64,000 nt of DNA. Source: Minisyncoccota bacterium (lineage in GTDB: Bacteria; Patescibacteriota; Minisyncoccia; UBA6257; GWB1-50-10). Both the position numbers and the translations under genes were made by a program. Shown here piece by piece: positions 48,600 to 59,345 of this stretch; the stretch's first letter is position 1, and each line of letters opens with the position of its first letter. The stretch is taken from contig JAGVBB010000003.1 in NCBI GenBank assembly GCA_020059915.1, positions 160,610 through 224,609 on the forward strand, read 5' to 3'. The notes beneath the pieces are model-generated. The model was not told the DNA's origin. It searched no databases and worked only from the letters and a program-made list of their open reading frames with translations.

Positions 48600-49862
48600 T
48601 TAGTCAATGACTTCTTTTCCTAGATATGCCTGTAATACTGTTGGAACCTTTATTGTCCCGTCTTTCTGTTGATTATTTTCAATAATAGCAATAATCGTTC
48701 TTCCAATTGCAAATGCCGTCGCATTTAACATGTGCACTAATTCTTTCTTTCCCTCTTTTGTTTTGTACTTAATATTTGTTCCCCGTGACTGAAAATCGGT
48801 GGTATTTGAACATGAATTTGTCTCGCGATATGTCCCCTGTCCTGGCATCCATGCTTCAATATCAAATTGTCGTGCATCGGTCCATCCCATATCTCCCGTA
48901 CATAGTTCAATAACACGATAAGGAATTTCAAGTTTTTTCCACAATGTTTCCTGACAATCTAAAAGAAACTTATGTTCATCTTCTGATGTATGCGGATTTG
49001 AGAATGAAAAAAGTTCAACCTTATCAAACTGATGTACTCGCAAAATTCCTTTTGTATCTTTTCCATAAGTTCCTGCCTCTCTCCTAAAGCAGGTAGAAAA
49101 GGCAACGTATCTTCGTGGTAATGTCCCTTCTTCTAGAACCTCATTCATATGAATTGGACCCATAGTATGTTCAGAACTCCCCACAAGATACAAATCATCT
49201 TTCTCAAAATAATATCGCTCATCTTTTTGATCTGCGGCCAATCTCCCCATTCCTTCATAGACATCTGGTTTTATCATTACTGGCGGAACAGCAGGAGTAA
49301 ACCCGCGCTCTAACAATATATCCATTGCAAGCTTTACCAATGCAAATTCCAATAGCACTGCATCCTTCAATAAATATCCAAAACGACTTCCAGAAACTTC
49401 TGCAGCTTTTTTAACATTTATAATCCCAAGTTTTTCTCCAAGAGCCAGATAGTCCAACGGCTTGAAGCCCTCTTTCTCAAAATCTCTTCTTTCTCCTACT
49501 TCTCTCAATACTTTATTCTCTGTCTCATCCTTCCCGACAATTACGTCATCAAATGGCATATTGGGAATACGAGAAAGAATATCGCTCCGCTTTTTTTCAA
49601 GCTCTGCGCGTTCAGTTTCGAGCTCTGCAATTCTTTTTTTCATCACCTGCGCCTTGTTCACCATATCTTCACTTCTTCCTACCGAAAGTTGCTTCGAAAG
49701 TGCGTTTTGTTCCGCACGCAATGTTTCAAATGCCAAAATCTTTGTACGTAGTTCTTCATCGGCATGCAAAAATTTATCAACAAGTTTTGAATCCTGTCTC
49801 TTCTTTTCCATCCCTTTTTTGACCTTATCAACGTTTTCACGAATATATTGAATATCTAACAT
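48600..49862 (-). CDS. serS: Serine--tRNA ligase
   Basis: MLDIQYIREN, CFRREAG, SCSNTTDFQSR. Confidence 0.98.
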   Translation of the reverse strand: MLDIQYIRENVDKVKKGMEKKRQDSKLVDKFLHADEELRTKILAFETLRAEQNALSKQLSVGRSEDMVNKAQVMKKRIAELETERAELEKKRSDILSRIPNMPFDDVIVGKDETENKVLREVGERRDFEKEGFKPLDYLALGEKLGIINVKKAAEVSGSRFGYLLKDAVLLEFALVKLAMDILLERGFTPAVPPVMIKPDVYEGMGRLAADQKDERYYFEKDDLYLVGSSEHTMGPIHMNEVLEEGTLPRRYVAFSTCFRREAGTYGKDTKGILRVHQFDKVELFSFSNPHTSEDEHKFLLDCQETLWKKLEIPYRVIELCTGDMGWTDARQFDIEAWMPGQGTYRETNSCSNTTDFQSRGTNIKYKTKEGKKELVHMLNATAFAIGRTIIAIIENNQQKDGTIKVPTVLQAYLGKEVID

Positions 49863-49965
49863 GTTTTTATTGTTTTTTTGAGTTATAAGTTACGACTAAC
49901 ATAATTTCAGATAAAAGACTTTCGTGAATCAACAGCATCAATAAATGAACGTAATTTTCCTAATT

Positions 49966-50307
49966 TCATACTGTTTCTAAATGTTTTTTGTGCCTTTCTT
50001 CGATAATTTTTATTTTCTTCTCAATTGCATCTTCAAGATCAACGCCCATAGCATGTGCAAGCAAAGCACATACAATGATAACATCAGCGAATTCCCCTGA
50101 AATTTTTTCTTTACTTAATACTTCTAATTTTTCCTTCCGTTGAAATGAACAATGCGAAAGGATCATTTCACTAAGCTCTCCAACCTCCTCGGAGAGTTTT
50201 ACCGTACGCGCAAGAAGACGCTTTTCTTCATCCTCATAATTTCCATGCATGCTTCTCAGCCGTGTATCTTCGGCTTGAATAAATAAACTTAATTCCTTAA
50301 GAGTCAT
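49966..50307 (-). CDS. MazG-like NTP pyrophosphohydrolase
   Basis: KLSEEVGEL...GEFADV. Confidence 0.85.
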   Translation of the reverse strand: MTLKELSLFIQAEDTRLRSMHGNYEDEEKRLLARTVKLSEEVGELSEMILSHCSFQRKEKLEVLSKEKISGEFADVIIVCALLAHAMGVDLEDAIEKKIKIIEERHKKHLETV

Positions 50308-50309
50308 GA

Positions 50310-51752
50310 TTACTCTTGCCTCATAAGAGGAAATATAACCGTTTCTCGAATCGGCCTATTCATGATTACGGAAAACAATCGCTCAGACAAACCAAAGCCC
50401 GCTGCCGGTGGCATACCATATTCAAGTGCCTCAAGAAAATCATTATCAATTCTTTGTGCTTCACTATCTCCTGCTTCTCGTAATTTCATCTGATCTTCAA
50501 ATCGCGCGCGCTGATCTATTGGATCGTTCAATTCAGAAAATCCCTTTCCCAATTCTGTTCCACCCGCCATTATTTGAAATCGTTCTACGCGTCCCTCATC
50601 TTTCTCACTTCGTTTTGCAAGTGGTTCTATGTCAACAGGAGGATTCACGAGAAAACAGGGCTGTAGGAGAAATGGACGAACAGTTTTTTTGTAAATTAAA
50701 TCAATGAGACGCCCACGACCCAGGTTTGGTTCCATTCTTATGCCCAACTCCTGTGCTCTTCTTTGTAAGTCAGAAATAGTTGCTTTTGTAAGATCCACAT
50801 TGGTTTTTTCTTTGAAAATTTCATAATAATCAACTTGTGGCCACTCACCACTCCAATCAATGTCCATATCCTGATACGTTGTTATATATCCACCAGTTAT
50901 CTGTTTCACTGTCTCCTGATACATCCTCCGAGTAAGATCCATCATATTATTATAATCAGCATATGCCCAATAGCACTCCATTTGTGTATAATCTTGAAGA
51001 TGTTCTCTGTCGATCCCCTCATTTCTAAAAATTCTCCCAATTTCAAAAACTTTTTCGTAGCCACCAACTAATAATCGCTTCAACGGTAATTCAAGAGAAA
51101 TGCGTAAATAAAAATCTGTATCGAGTGCATTATGATGAGTAACAAATGGTTCTGCCTCTGCACCACCAGGTACCGGCTCCAAAACAGCCGTTTCAACCTC
51201 GTGAAACTCCTCTTTTTTGAGAAAATTTCTAATTGTCGTCCAAAAAATATCCTTTTTAATAAAAAGGTCACGAATTTCTTGATGGGTAATTAAATCTAAA
51301 TAACGTTTTCGTAAACGAGTTTCAATGTCTTCAATTCCATACCATTCAGATGGAATTGGACGAATACTTTTTCCAATAATACGGGCCTGGGAAGGAAGGA
51401 TGCTTTTCTCCCCACGTTTTGTAGAGAATAAGGTCCCAGATACTTCCAAAAAATCCCCCATATCAAGCGTCTCTTGGATAAGAGAAAAATCTTTTAATTC
51501 CGCCTCATTGAGAACCACCTGAATTTTTCCCCGTTCATCTTTTAAATCACAAAAAATAATTTTTCCTTGATCACGTAGTGCGGTAATTCTTCCCACCAAA
51601 GAAATTGATTTTTTCTCCTCTGAGAGGGTATCAAATTGCTCTATTGCAACAGAAATACTCATATCGCGGGTTACGCGTGCGGGATATGCACTTGCAACCT
51701 TGGAATACGCTTTTAATTTCTTTTTTCGTTCATCAATAATATGATCAAGCAT
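50310..51752 (-). CDS. lysS: Lysine--tRNA ligase (class II)
   Basis: RKRYLDL, FEIGRIFRNEG, YGMPPAAGFG. Confidence 0.98.
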   Translation of the reverse strand: MLDHIIDERKKKLKAYSKVASAYPARVTRDMSISVAIEQFDTLSEEKKSISLVGRITALRDQGKIIFCDLKDERGKIQVVLNEAELKDFSLIQETLDMGDFLEVSGTLFSTKRGEKSILPSQARIIGKSIRPIPSEWYGIEDIETRLRKRYLDLITHQEIRDLFIKKDIFWTTIRNFLKKEEFHEVETAVLEPVPGGAEAEPFVTHHNALDTDFYLRISLELPLKRLLVGGYEKVFEIGRIFRNEGIDREHLQDYTQMECYWAYADYNNMMDLTRRMYQETVKQITGGYITTYQDMDIDWSGEWPQVDYYEIFKEKTNVDLTKATISDLQRRAQELGIRMEPNLGRGRLIDLIYKKTVRPFLLQPCFLVNPPVDIEPLAKRSEKDEGRVERFQIMAGGTELGKGFSELNDPIDQRARFEDQMKLREAGDSEAQRIDNDFLEALEYGMPPAAGFGLSERLFSVIMNRPIRETVIFPLMRQE

Positions 51753-51757
51753 AAATA

Positions 51758-52228
51758 TTACTCAATTGAAAGAATTTGGTATTCAACCGTCAAACCATTT
51801 GGAGTCACAATAGTAACTTTGTCTCCATCCTTCTTTCCAATGAGTGCTTGTCCAATTGGTGATTCGTTTGAAATCAAACCTTCCGTCGGTTTTGATTCAT
51901 TTGATCCAACAATAGTAAATACTCTCTTCTCTCCACCTTTTTTAACAGTAACCCTTGATCCCACACGAATTCCGCCAGAACTATTTCCTGTTTTTTCAAT
52001 GATTGCAGAACTCCGAAGTAGATCCTCAAGTTCAGCTATTTTCCCCTCAAGTCGAGCCTGCTCATCGCGTGCTTCCTGATATTCAGAATTCTCCGAGAGA
52101 TCACCCAATTCCTTTGCGTGTTTTAAACGCTCAGCAACCGTACGCCTCCCCTCGAGCTTCAAACCCTCAAGCTCAGATATAATTTCCTCATATCGCTCTT
52201 TTGTAAGATAATTTTTCTTTATTGCCAT
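51758..52228 (-). CDS. greA: Transcription elongation factor GreA
   Basis: GDLSENSEY, ISNESPIGQAL. Confidence 0.97.
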   Translation of the reverse strand: MAIKKNYLTKERYEEIISELEGLKLEGRRTVAERLKHAKELGDLSENSEYQEARDEQARLEGKIAELEDLLRSSAIIEKTGNSSGGIRVGSRVTVKKGGEKRVFTIVGSNESKPTEGLISNESPIGQALIGKKDGDKVTIVTPNGLTVEYQILSIE

Positions 52229-52246
52229 ATTATTTATATTTCGAAA

Positions 52247-54121
52247 TTAAGGAGATGTAGACCCCTTAAGACGATTATTATAGTACCACAGGAGAACATC
52301 CCTGGCTACTGGAGTTGCATTTAGACTCCCCTCTAGAGAATCCTCAATAAGAATAAGAATTGCAATTCTTGGATTGTCCGCCGGCGCATATCCAACAAAA
52401 AATGCATTCGTCTTTCTATTATTTTGAACCTGTGCAGTTCCTGACTTTGCCGCAATACTCATGGGAATATCATGTAACAAGTATGCGGTTCCATACGGCA
52501 TATCAACAGTGTCTTTCATTGCCTCTTGAACCTCATGAAGAACATCTTTTGAAATTGATGTTCTTAGGTCTTTCAACACGCTTGGTTGTGTCTTCAAAAA
52601 TTCGTTTTGTGATGAATCAAAAATACTTTCAACAATTCTTGGTTTATAAAGAATACCTCCATTTGCAATTGCACTAATATAATTAAGAAGTCCAATAGGA
52701 GTAATTGAAAAATCACCCTGTCCAATAGAAACGTGGTATGTGTCACCCAATCTCCATGGTACTCCTGTTTCCTCCTCTTTCCATTCTGGGTCGGGAAGAA
52801 AACCCGTCTTTTCCCCAGGAAGATCAATATTTGTTTTTTCAGAGAACCCAAATAGCTCCCACCATTTTTTCAATGTATATATACCAAGACCTTTTTGATT
52901 CTGAAAACCTCCACCAAGAATATAAAAATAGACATTACTCGATCGGGCAATTGCAGAGCGAACATTCACCCATCCATGTGCCTTATTATCGGGAAACCGC
53001 GATGGTAATGATGGGTTATACGGATTCGGTATCTCTAACATCCCAGAAGAGAAAAAACTTGTTGTTGGAGTAACGAGACCTTCAGCAAGCCCCGCTACCG
53101 CTACTAATGGTTTTATAGTAGATCCTGGATTGTATACACCACTTATTGTCCTACTAAATAATGGTCTGCGCGCGTCAACAAGCGCATTTCCTATTTTTTG
53201 AGAATTGAAACCTGGCACACTGGTAAGCGCAAGCACTTCCCCATTTTGTGGATTAATTGCAATACCGATACCAACATCCCTTCCTAAGTGAATTAGCTGT
53301 TCTTTTAATTTTGTGTAAAAATATTCTTGAAACTCAGAATCAATGAATGTTGAAATATCTTTACCTGGTTTTGGTTCCCGTTCAATTTTTTCATTTTTTA
53401 TTTCTCCTTTTGCGGTCTTATAAAGAACCTCTTTTCCATTTATACCTCTCAAAAAATTGTCATAATACATCTCAAGTCCAGATCTTCCAATCTGATCATC
53501 AATAGTTAATTCTTCATTTTTTTGTATATCTTTTGCGTTGACCAACCCCGTATATCCAATAAGTTCCGAAAATGCGAAAGGAACGGTGTGTGCCCTCTTA
53601 AAACTTTCTTCTATTGAAATTCCCAAATATTCAGAAGAAGAAAGTGCAACCAATTGATCTTGTGTTATATCATCTGAAAGAAGCATCTTACCAGAAATTG
53701 TCCAATCTTTTTTTTCTATTTTATTTAGTATCTCCCATTCCGATATATTCAAAATACTGGCAACACGCCGAATCGCCTCACTTCTCTTCTCTTTCTCAAC
53801 AGGGAGTTTATTTGGGATTAAATACACATTAAACGCCGGAGCGTTTTCTGTCATTGCAACATCAAATCGATCATATACTATTCCTCGGGGAGAATGTTTT
53901 ACTTTTGTATCAGAAACATTATCGAGTGCGCGTTCAGTATATAATGTGCGCTTCCCCACATTCAACCAAAAAAGGTCGCCAATCACAATCCCAATCACAA
54001 GTGAAACAATGATAATATAGATGAAAAATGTATGTTCTTGGATGGGAACCTCCCGCGTGCTTCCCTCAACTTCTCTATCTGATAGAATTTCTTCAAATTC
54101 AATTGTTCTTTTGTGCTTCAT
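52247..54121 (-). CDS. mrdA: Penicillin-binding protein 2
   Basis: PGSTIK, SSN, KSGT; follows mreBCD. Confidence 0.92.
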   Translation of the reverse strand: MKHKRTIEFEEILSDREVEGSTREVPIQEHTFFIYIIIVSLVIGIVIGDLFWLNVGKRTLYTERALDNVSDTKVKHSPRGIVYDRFDVAMTENAPAFNVYLIPNKLPVEKEKRSEAIRRVASILNISEWEILNKIEKKDWTISGKMLLSDDITQDQLVALSSSEYLGISIEESFKRAHTVPFAFSELIGYTGLVNAKDIQKNEELTIDDQIGRSGLEMYYDNFLRGINGKEVLYKTAKGEIKNEKIEREPKPGKDISTFIDSEFQEYFYTKLKEQLIHLGRDVGIGIAINPQNGEVLALTSVPGFNSQKIGNALVDARRPLFSRTISGVYNPGSTIKPLVAVAGLAEGLVTPTTSFFSSGMLEIPNPYNPSLPSRFPDNKAHGWVNVRSAIARSSNVYFYILGGGFQNQKGLGIYTLKKWWELFGFSEKTNIDLPGEKTGFLPDPEWKEEETGVPWRLGDTYHVSIGQGDFSITPIGLLNYISAIANGGILYKPRIVESIFDSSQNEFLKTQPSVLKDLRTSISKDVLHEVQEAMKDTVDMPYGTAYLLHDIPMSIAAKSGTAQVQNNRKTNAFFVGYAPADNPRIAILILIEDSLEGSLNATPVARDVLLWYYNNRLKGSTSP

Positions 54122-54594
54122 GCTTGGACAATTGGATTGTGTCTAAGATACGGCCGAAGCATTACATACAAAAGAATACTCCATATACCATTAAAAAATA
54201 TTTCGTATAATACCCCCACTACAAAAAATGGAGAATCGGTAAAAATAATATGTAATATTAAAAATAATACAGTTCCTAATGAAGATAATATAAGAATATC
54301 TCCAACCATATTTCCAAAAAGGAACCTCCTTAGTATAAGCATACAAATCACAGAACAGATAATAAATATGTATTCTATTACCCAAAATTGATAGAAATAG
54401 AAAGAAAACAAGAATAATAAAAAAAGCATTCCAAACAGAGCAAAATTTCTAACTTTGTGAACAATAAGCACAGAAAAGATGGCAAATAATAAATTTGGAT
54501 TTACGTCAAAAAAATTGAAAATGCGTGAATGCATAACAATTAAAAGACTGATGAGAATGATACAAAAAGAAAAAAAATAAATAAGTGTGCGCAT
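54118..54594 (-). CDS. MreD-like membrane protein
   Basis: About 5 TM helices, PNLL motif; between mreC and mrdA. Confidence 0.7.
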   Translation of the reverse strand: MRTLIYFFSFCIILISLLIVMHSRIFNFFDVNPNLLFAIFSVLIVHKVRNFALFGMLFLLFLFSFYFYQFWVIEYIFIICSVICMLILRRFLFGNMVGDILILSSLGTVLFLILHIIFTDSPFFVVGVLYEIFFNGIWSILLYVMLRPYLRHNPIVQA

Positions 54595-54599
54595 AACAT

Positions 54600-55301
54600 T
54601 TATGGAAATTGCGTAAGAATAAGAACAGAATCAACTGCATCCAAAGAAAAAGGTGTCTCAACATCAGCAATTTGCCAGAGCTTCTTTTCGTCTTCTTGTA
54701 TTGACCGTATGTTACCAATAAATGATCTCATGGGAAATTCTGGGGCAGAATTTAAGATCTCATCTCCATTAAAAACAGATGCGTCCTTGGGTATAAATTC
54801 TATTCCTGGTGTATTCCCCCCTTGAAGAACCGCCCGCACACTACTAGTGCCAATAACAACACTTGTTTTCCATGAAGGATCAAAAATAGTTTGTACTTCA
54901 CTTTGTGTTTTATGAACAGAAATAACTTTTCCAAAAATAATACCCTTTTTAAACATAACGGGCATACCAACATCAATACCATCATCGCTTCCCTTATCAA
55001 TGATAATATGCACCTTATCATTAAATGGATATGTGGAGTATACAAATGCAGAAATTACTCCATCATCTTTTTTATTACGAACACCTAACTTGAGATTAAG
55101 TAAATCAATTTGTTTTTGTAATGATATGTTTTCTGCTTCAATATCTTGTATTTTTTTTACATCATAAGAAGGACCAAAAATTCCATATACTATATCGCGT
55201 AAACCCACAATAAAATCTCGCGCCTCGCCTCGAAAGAAGATAAGAGCAACTATCATGACAATAAGAAAAATTCCTTGGAATAATATACGGGTTGTCTTCA
55301 T
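54600..55301 (-). CDS. mreC: Rod shape-determining protein MreC
   Basis: TM helix, coiled coil, IDKGSDDGIDVGMPV..GIIFGKV. Confidence 0.92.
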   Translation of the reverse strand: MKTTRILFQGIFLIVMIVALIFFRGEARDFIVGLRDIVYGIFGPSYDVKKIQDIEAENISLQKQIDLLNLKLGVRNKKDDGVISAFVYSTYPFNDKVHIIIDKGSDDGIDVGMPVMFKKGIIFGKVISVHKTQSEVQTIFDPSWKTSVVIGTSSVRAVLQGGNTPGIEFIPKDASVFNGDEILNSAPEFPMRSFIGNIRSIQEDEKKLWQIADVETPFSLDAVDSVLILTQFP

Positions 55302-55489
55302 CCCGTTAGAGACAGGAAATGTTTATGTGACAAGAATTAATCACACAAGCACTTGCTGTATTGTATTGCGACTGATGTTGGTTATTGGTATATATCATAA
55401 ACATTTCCGTGGTGATTATGCTTTATATATTGAGTAGAGATAGTAATGAGAATGAATATTATCTATTCATAAATCGTCTCTAACGGGAT
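55300..55489. mobile_element. Non-coding IR element (MITE-like) inserted at the mreC start codon
   Basis: 14-bp perfect IR ATCCCGTTAGAGAC / GTCTCTAACGGGAT; TTCAT duplicated at 55297-55301 and 55489-55493. Confidence 0.75.
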
Positions 55490-55510
55490 TCATATAGATT
55501 TGTCCCCAAA

Positions 55511-56536
55511 CTACTCATCAAGTTTTAAACGAGAAAAATTGTTCAATAAGTGCTTGTGAGTATCAAATTTTTCGCACACAAGACCGGTTCCCCGTGCAAC
55601 ACACGCAAGTGGGTCATCAACAATCTGCACACGAACTCCTATTTCTTTTTCAGCAACGGTGTCTATCCCTCGCAACAAACTACCTCCTCCACAAAAAAAC
55701 ATACCATTTTTATAAATATCACCAACAAGCTCTGGTGGAGCAGATTCAATGAGATCTTTTATAGCTTCAATAATTTGTTTAATAGGTCTGATAAGCCACA
55801 AACGAACCTGGGTATCACGAATACTAATTTCGCGAGGCAACCCAGAAGCAACATCCCTTCCCCGAACAATTATCTCAAGACGCTCCCCTGTTGGTATCAC
55901 AGATCCTACTGCAATCTTAATTTCTTCTGCGGTCGGTTCGCCAATATGAAGACGTAGTTCATCGCGAACTCCTTTTATAATTTCCTGATTTAAATAATCG
56001 CCCGCTATCTTGAGACGGCGAGAAACAACTATTCCATTCATTGAAATAATTGCCATATCTGTTGTACCCGCTCCAATATCAACAACAAGAAATGCAGATG
56101 GCATATTGATATCAAGCCGGCTTCCAAATGCTGCAGCAAGTGGTTGTTCAATGAGATACACAGAATTTGCACCAGATTCCTTTAATAAATCCTCAACAGA
56201 TTTTCTTTCAACCTCGGTAAGGTTTGTTGGAATACTTACAATCGTCTCCGTTATCCAAGACCAAGGAATATTGTCTTGTTTAAGAAAGCTTTGTAATAGT
56301 TCCTTCACCATATCAAAATCAGCAATTACTCCATTCATAATTGGACGAAGTGCGGTGATGTGAGCGGGAGTTCTTGCGAGCATTTTTTTTGCCTCATTCC
56401 CAACCGCCACAACGCGGTCTGTCCTATTGTTACAAGCAACTATTGTTGGCTCATTCACTACCACGCCAGACCCCTTGAGATATATTTGGGTTGTATCTGT
56501 TCCAAGATCAATTCCAATTATTTTTTTGAATATCAT
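55511..56536 (-). CDS. mreB: Rod shape-determining protein MreB (copy in mre operon)
   Basis: GIDLGT, VDIGAGTTD, GGGSLL. Confidence 0.93.
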   Translation of the reverse strand: MIFKKIIGIDLGTDTTQIYLKGSGVVVNEPTIVACNNRTDRVVAVGNEAKKMLARTPAHITALRPIMNGVIADFDMVKELLQSFLKQDNIPWSWITETIVSIPTNLTEVERKSVEDLLKESGANSVYLIEQPLAAAFGSRLDINMPSAFLVVDIGAGTTDMAIISMNGIVVSRRLKIAGDYLNQEIIKGVRDELRLHIGEPTAEEIKIAVGSVIPTGERLEIIVRGRDVASGLPREISIRDTQVRLWLIRPIKQIIEAIKDLIESAPPELVGDIYKNGMFFCGGGSLLRGIDTVAEKEIGVRVQIVDDPLACVARGTGLVCEKFDTHKHLLNNFSRLKLDE

Positions 56537-58245
56537 TAGTTTGTTTTAATAAGTGTAATAAATTCTTCGACTGTCATAAATGTTACTGAATTATCGGCAC
56601 GTTTCTTTACCTCAATTTTTCCCTGGTTCATTGTCTTTTCACTAACAACAACTCGATAAGGAATTCCGATTAGATCTGCATCTGCAAATTTTGCACCAGC
56701 AGACATTCCATCTCGATCATCAAAGAGAACCTCTATACCCTTTGTATTAAGCGTAGTATAGAGTGAATTCGCTACTTTTTTCAAATCTTCGGTTTGACTG
56801 CCAATAATTAATTCGTGCACTAAAAATGGTGCCACAGAAATCGGCCATACTATACCTTTTTCGTCATGATATTTTTCAACAATGGCAGCCATGGTACGAC
56901 CAATACCAATTCCGTAACAACCCATATAATATGGTTTTTCACTTCCATCCTCATCTCGATACACTGCCCCCTTCATGAGATTAGTGTAATGGTATCCAAG
57001 TTGAAATGTATTCCCAACCTCTATTCCTTTTCGTAACGATAATGGACTTCCCGATGATACAGATATATCACCCTCTTTTGCAACTGCAATGTCATATAGC
57101 GCCTCACATGAAAAATCTCTTCCATAGTTTACATTAATGGAGTCTGTTGTATCTTCTTTTTGTCCTCCAATAAGATTTCGAGCACTACTCAAAACAACGT
57201 CACCAATATATCGTGCACCTGCGTGTCCCCAGCAATGAACATATCCATGCTTTGTTCCAATTGACTCAAGATCTGTGTCTTCGGCGGGAATTAATTGTCC
57301 TACCATTGATAGAGCATGCTCAAGTTTTGTCTGATTCACTTCTAAGTCTCCTGTTACTACCGCAATAATAATTTCATTGGTAACGCGATTCTTATACACA
57401 ACATTTTTAAGAAAATGATTTTTTTCTTTTTGATAATGTTTTACATTATCATCCATGGTTTTTACCCATTCAGGTTGAGAAATAATTTCAAATGGAAGCA
57501 TCTCAGAATCTGCATTTGCTGGATTTCTTTTAAATACTGCAACATCTTCATGGGCTGCATACGTTCCATCGTTACTAGTAAAATACCTACTTTCTCCACT
57601 GTCTGCCTCGACAATAAATTCATGACAATACTCACCACCAATATATCCATTATCTGCCTCAACAATGGCTGTATGTAGTCCCATTCGGGCAAAAATGCGT
57701 GAATACACACGTTTCATTTCTTCATATGTAGAAGAAAAATCATTCTCATCCCGATGAAATGAATATCCATCTTTCATGATAAACTCACGAACACGCAACA
57801 AGCCACCACGAGCGCGGAGTTCGTCACGAAATTTTGGAGAAAATTGATATAGATGAAATGGGAGATCTTTATAACTAATTTCAAGCTTACGAACCAAATC
57901 AACAAACATTTCCTCCGCTGTTCCTCCAAGAGCAAATTCAGAGCCTCTTCTATCTCTTACTTTCATAAGCTCAAACCCTGTGGTACTTGTTCGATTTGTT
58001 TCTTTCCAAAGTTCAACAGGATGCAATATTGGTGAAATCATTTCTTGGGCACCAACACCATCCATTTCTTCTTTAACGATTTTCATTATTTTTTGCTGAA
58101 CTTTATGTCCAATCGGTAAAAAATAATATCGTCCAGCAACCGATTCTTGAATGAACCCTGCCCGCTTTAAAAGACGAGCAGAGATGATTGAATCCTCCTC
58201 AGAAAATGTCTTACTGGTTTTAAGAAAGTATTGAGATTGTTTCAT
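56536..58245 (-). CDS. proS: Proline--tRNA ligase with editing insertion
   Basis: KFRDELRARGGLLRVREF, GIEVGNTFQLG, MGCYGIG. Confidence 0.97.
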   Translation of the reverse strand: MKQSQYFLKTSKTFSEEDSIISARLLKRAGFIQESVAGRYYFLPIGHKVQQKIMKIVKEEMDGVGAQEMISPILHPVELWKETNRTSTTGFELMKVRDRRGSEFALGGTAEEMFVDLVRKLEISYKDLPFHLYQFSPKFRDELRARGGLLRVREFIMKDGYSFHRDENDFSSTYEEMKRVYSRIFARMGLHTAIVEADNGYIGGEYCHEFIVEADSGESRYFTSNDGTYAAHEDVAVFKRNPANADSEMLPFEIISQPEWVKTMDDNVKHYQKEKNHFLKNVVYKNRVTNEIIIAVVTGDLEVNQTKLEHALSMVGQLIPAEDTDLESIGTKHGYVHCWGHAGARYIGDVVLSSARNLIGGQKEDTTDSINVNYGRDFSCEALYDIAVAKEGDISVSSGSPLSLRKGIEVGNTFQLGYHYTNLMKGAVYRDEDGSEKPYYMGCYGIGIGRTMAAIVEKYHDEKGIVWPISVAPFLVHELIIGSQTEDLKKVANSLYTTLNTKGIEVLFDDRDGMSAGAKFADADLIGIPYRVVVSEKTMNQGKIEVKKRADNSVTFMTVEEFITLIKTN

Positions 58246-58307
58246 GTATAAAAACCGTTCTATAAACACAGTATAGAACGATTTGCCTTGATTTTTCAAA
58301 TATAGCC

Positions 58308-59339
58308 CTAAAATAACCGGGATACGTCTTTAAAGGTAACCACAATCATAAGGACAATAAGAGCGAGAAAACCAACCATGTTAACTGTCTGCTCAACTTT
58401 GGGAGAGACCGCCCTTCCTCGAAATTTTTCTATAATCAAAAATAAAACTCTCCCCCCATCAAGAGCAGGAAATGGAACAAGATTCAATATCGCCAAATTT
58501 ATTGATATAAGCCCAATAATTTGAAAAACATACGCGAGTCCAAGTTTGCCCATATCCGCTGCGATCTTCACCACTCCAACAGGACCAGCAACTGAATCAA
58601 ATGCTCCGGGAGAAAATAAATTTGCAAAAAAACTAACAAGCCCAAGAATGATTGCAATAGTAACGTCAATGGTAGTAAGAAATCCCTGCCACAACCCAGA
58701 AAAAAAACTATGCTTTTCAAACCCCGCATTCGTTATAACAACACCCAAAGCCCCCTCTCCCTCCGGCGGATGTTCGCGAGGAATAAGAGAAACGCTCTCT
58801 GTTCTTCCAGAACGTGAGACCTCTATAGTAATTGCTTTTTCTACTGATCGTTTTGTGAATGATGTAAATTCATCAGCATTTGGTATTTTTAAAAGTTCTG
58901 TAGGGGAACTCACCGCTATAACTATATCTCCATTCTTTAATCCTGCGATTGATGCTGGGGTATTTTCTTTTACCTCCATAATGATTGCCCGTGCAGGACT
59001 TCCTGTTATATAGACGCCAGAAAAAAATATCCAACCAGCAATCATATTCATACATATTCCCGCACAAAGAATCATGATCCTTTTCCAAATTTTTTGACGA
59101 GAAAATGATTGTGGATCGTTTTCCCCTCCATCTTCTCCTAATATTTTTACAAAACCTCCAAAAGGGAGTGCGTTTATGCTCCATAATACTCCGCCCTTCA
59201 TTTTACTCCACACACGTGGAGGGTATCCTATACCAAATTCCTCAACACGAACATGAAAAAATCGAGCAACAATAAAATGACCAAATTCATGTACAAGAAT
59301 TAAAAATACGAGTCCAATAATAACAAGTGTAGTAATCAT
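58308..59339 (-). CDS. rseP: RIP metalloprotease RseP (M50 with PDZ)
   Basis: HEFGH, NLVPFPALDGG. Confidence 0.95.
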   Translation of the reverse strand: MITTLVIIGLVFLILVHEFGHFIVARFFHVRVEEFGIGYPPRVWSKMKGGVLWSINALPFGGFVKILGEDGGENDPQSFSRQKIWKRIMILCAGICMNMIAGWIFFSGVYITGSPARAIIMEVKENTPASIAGLKNGDIVIAVSSPTELLKIPNADEFTSFTKRSVEKAITIEVSRSGRTESVSLIPREHPPEGEGALGVVITNAGFEKHSFFSGLWQGFLTTIDVTIAIILGLVSFFANLFSPGAFDSVAGPVGVVKIAADMGKLGLAYVFQIIGLISINLAILNLVPFPALDGGRVLFLIIEKFRGRAVSPKVEQTVNMVGFLALIVLMIVVTFKDVSRLF

Positions 59340-59345
59340 AAATAA

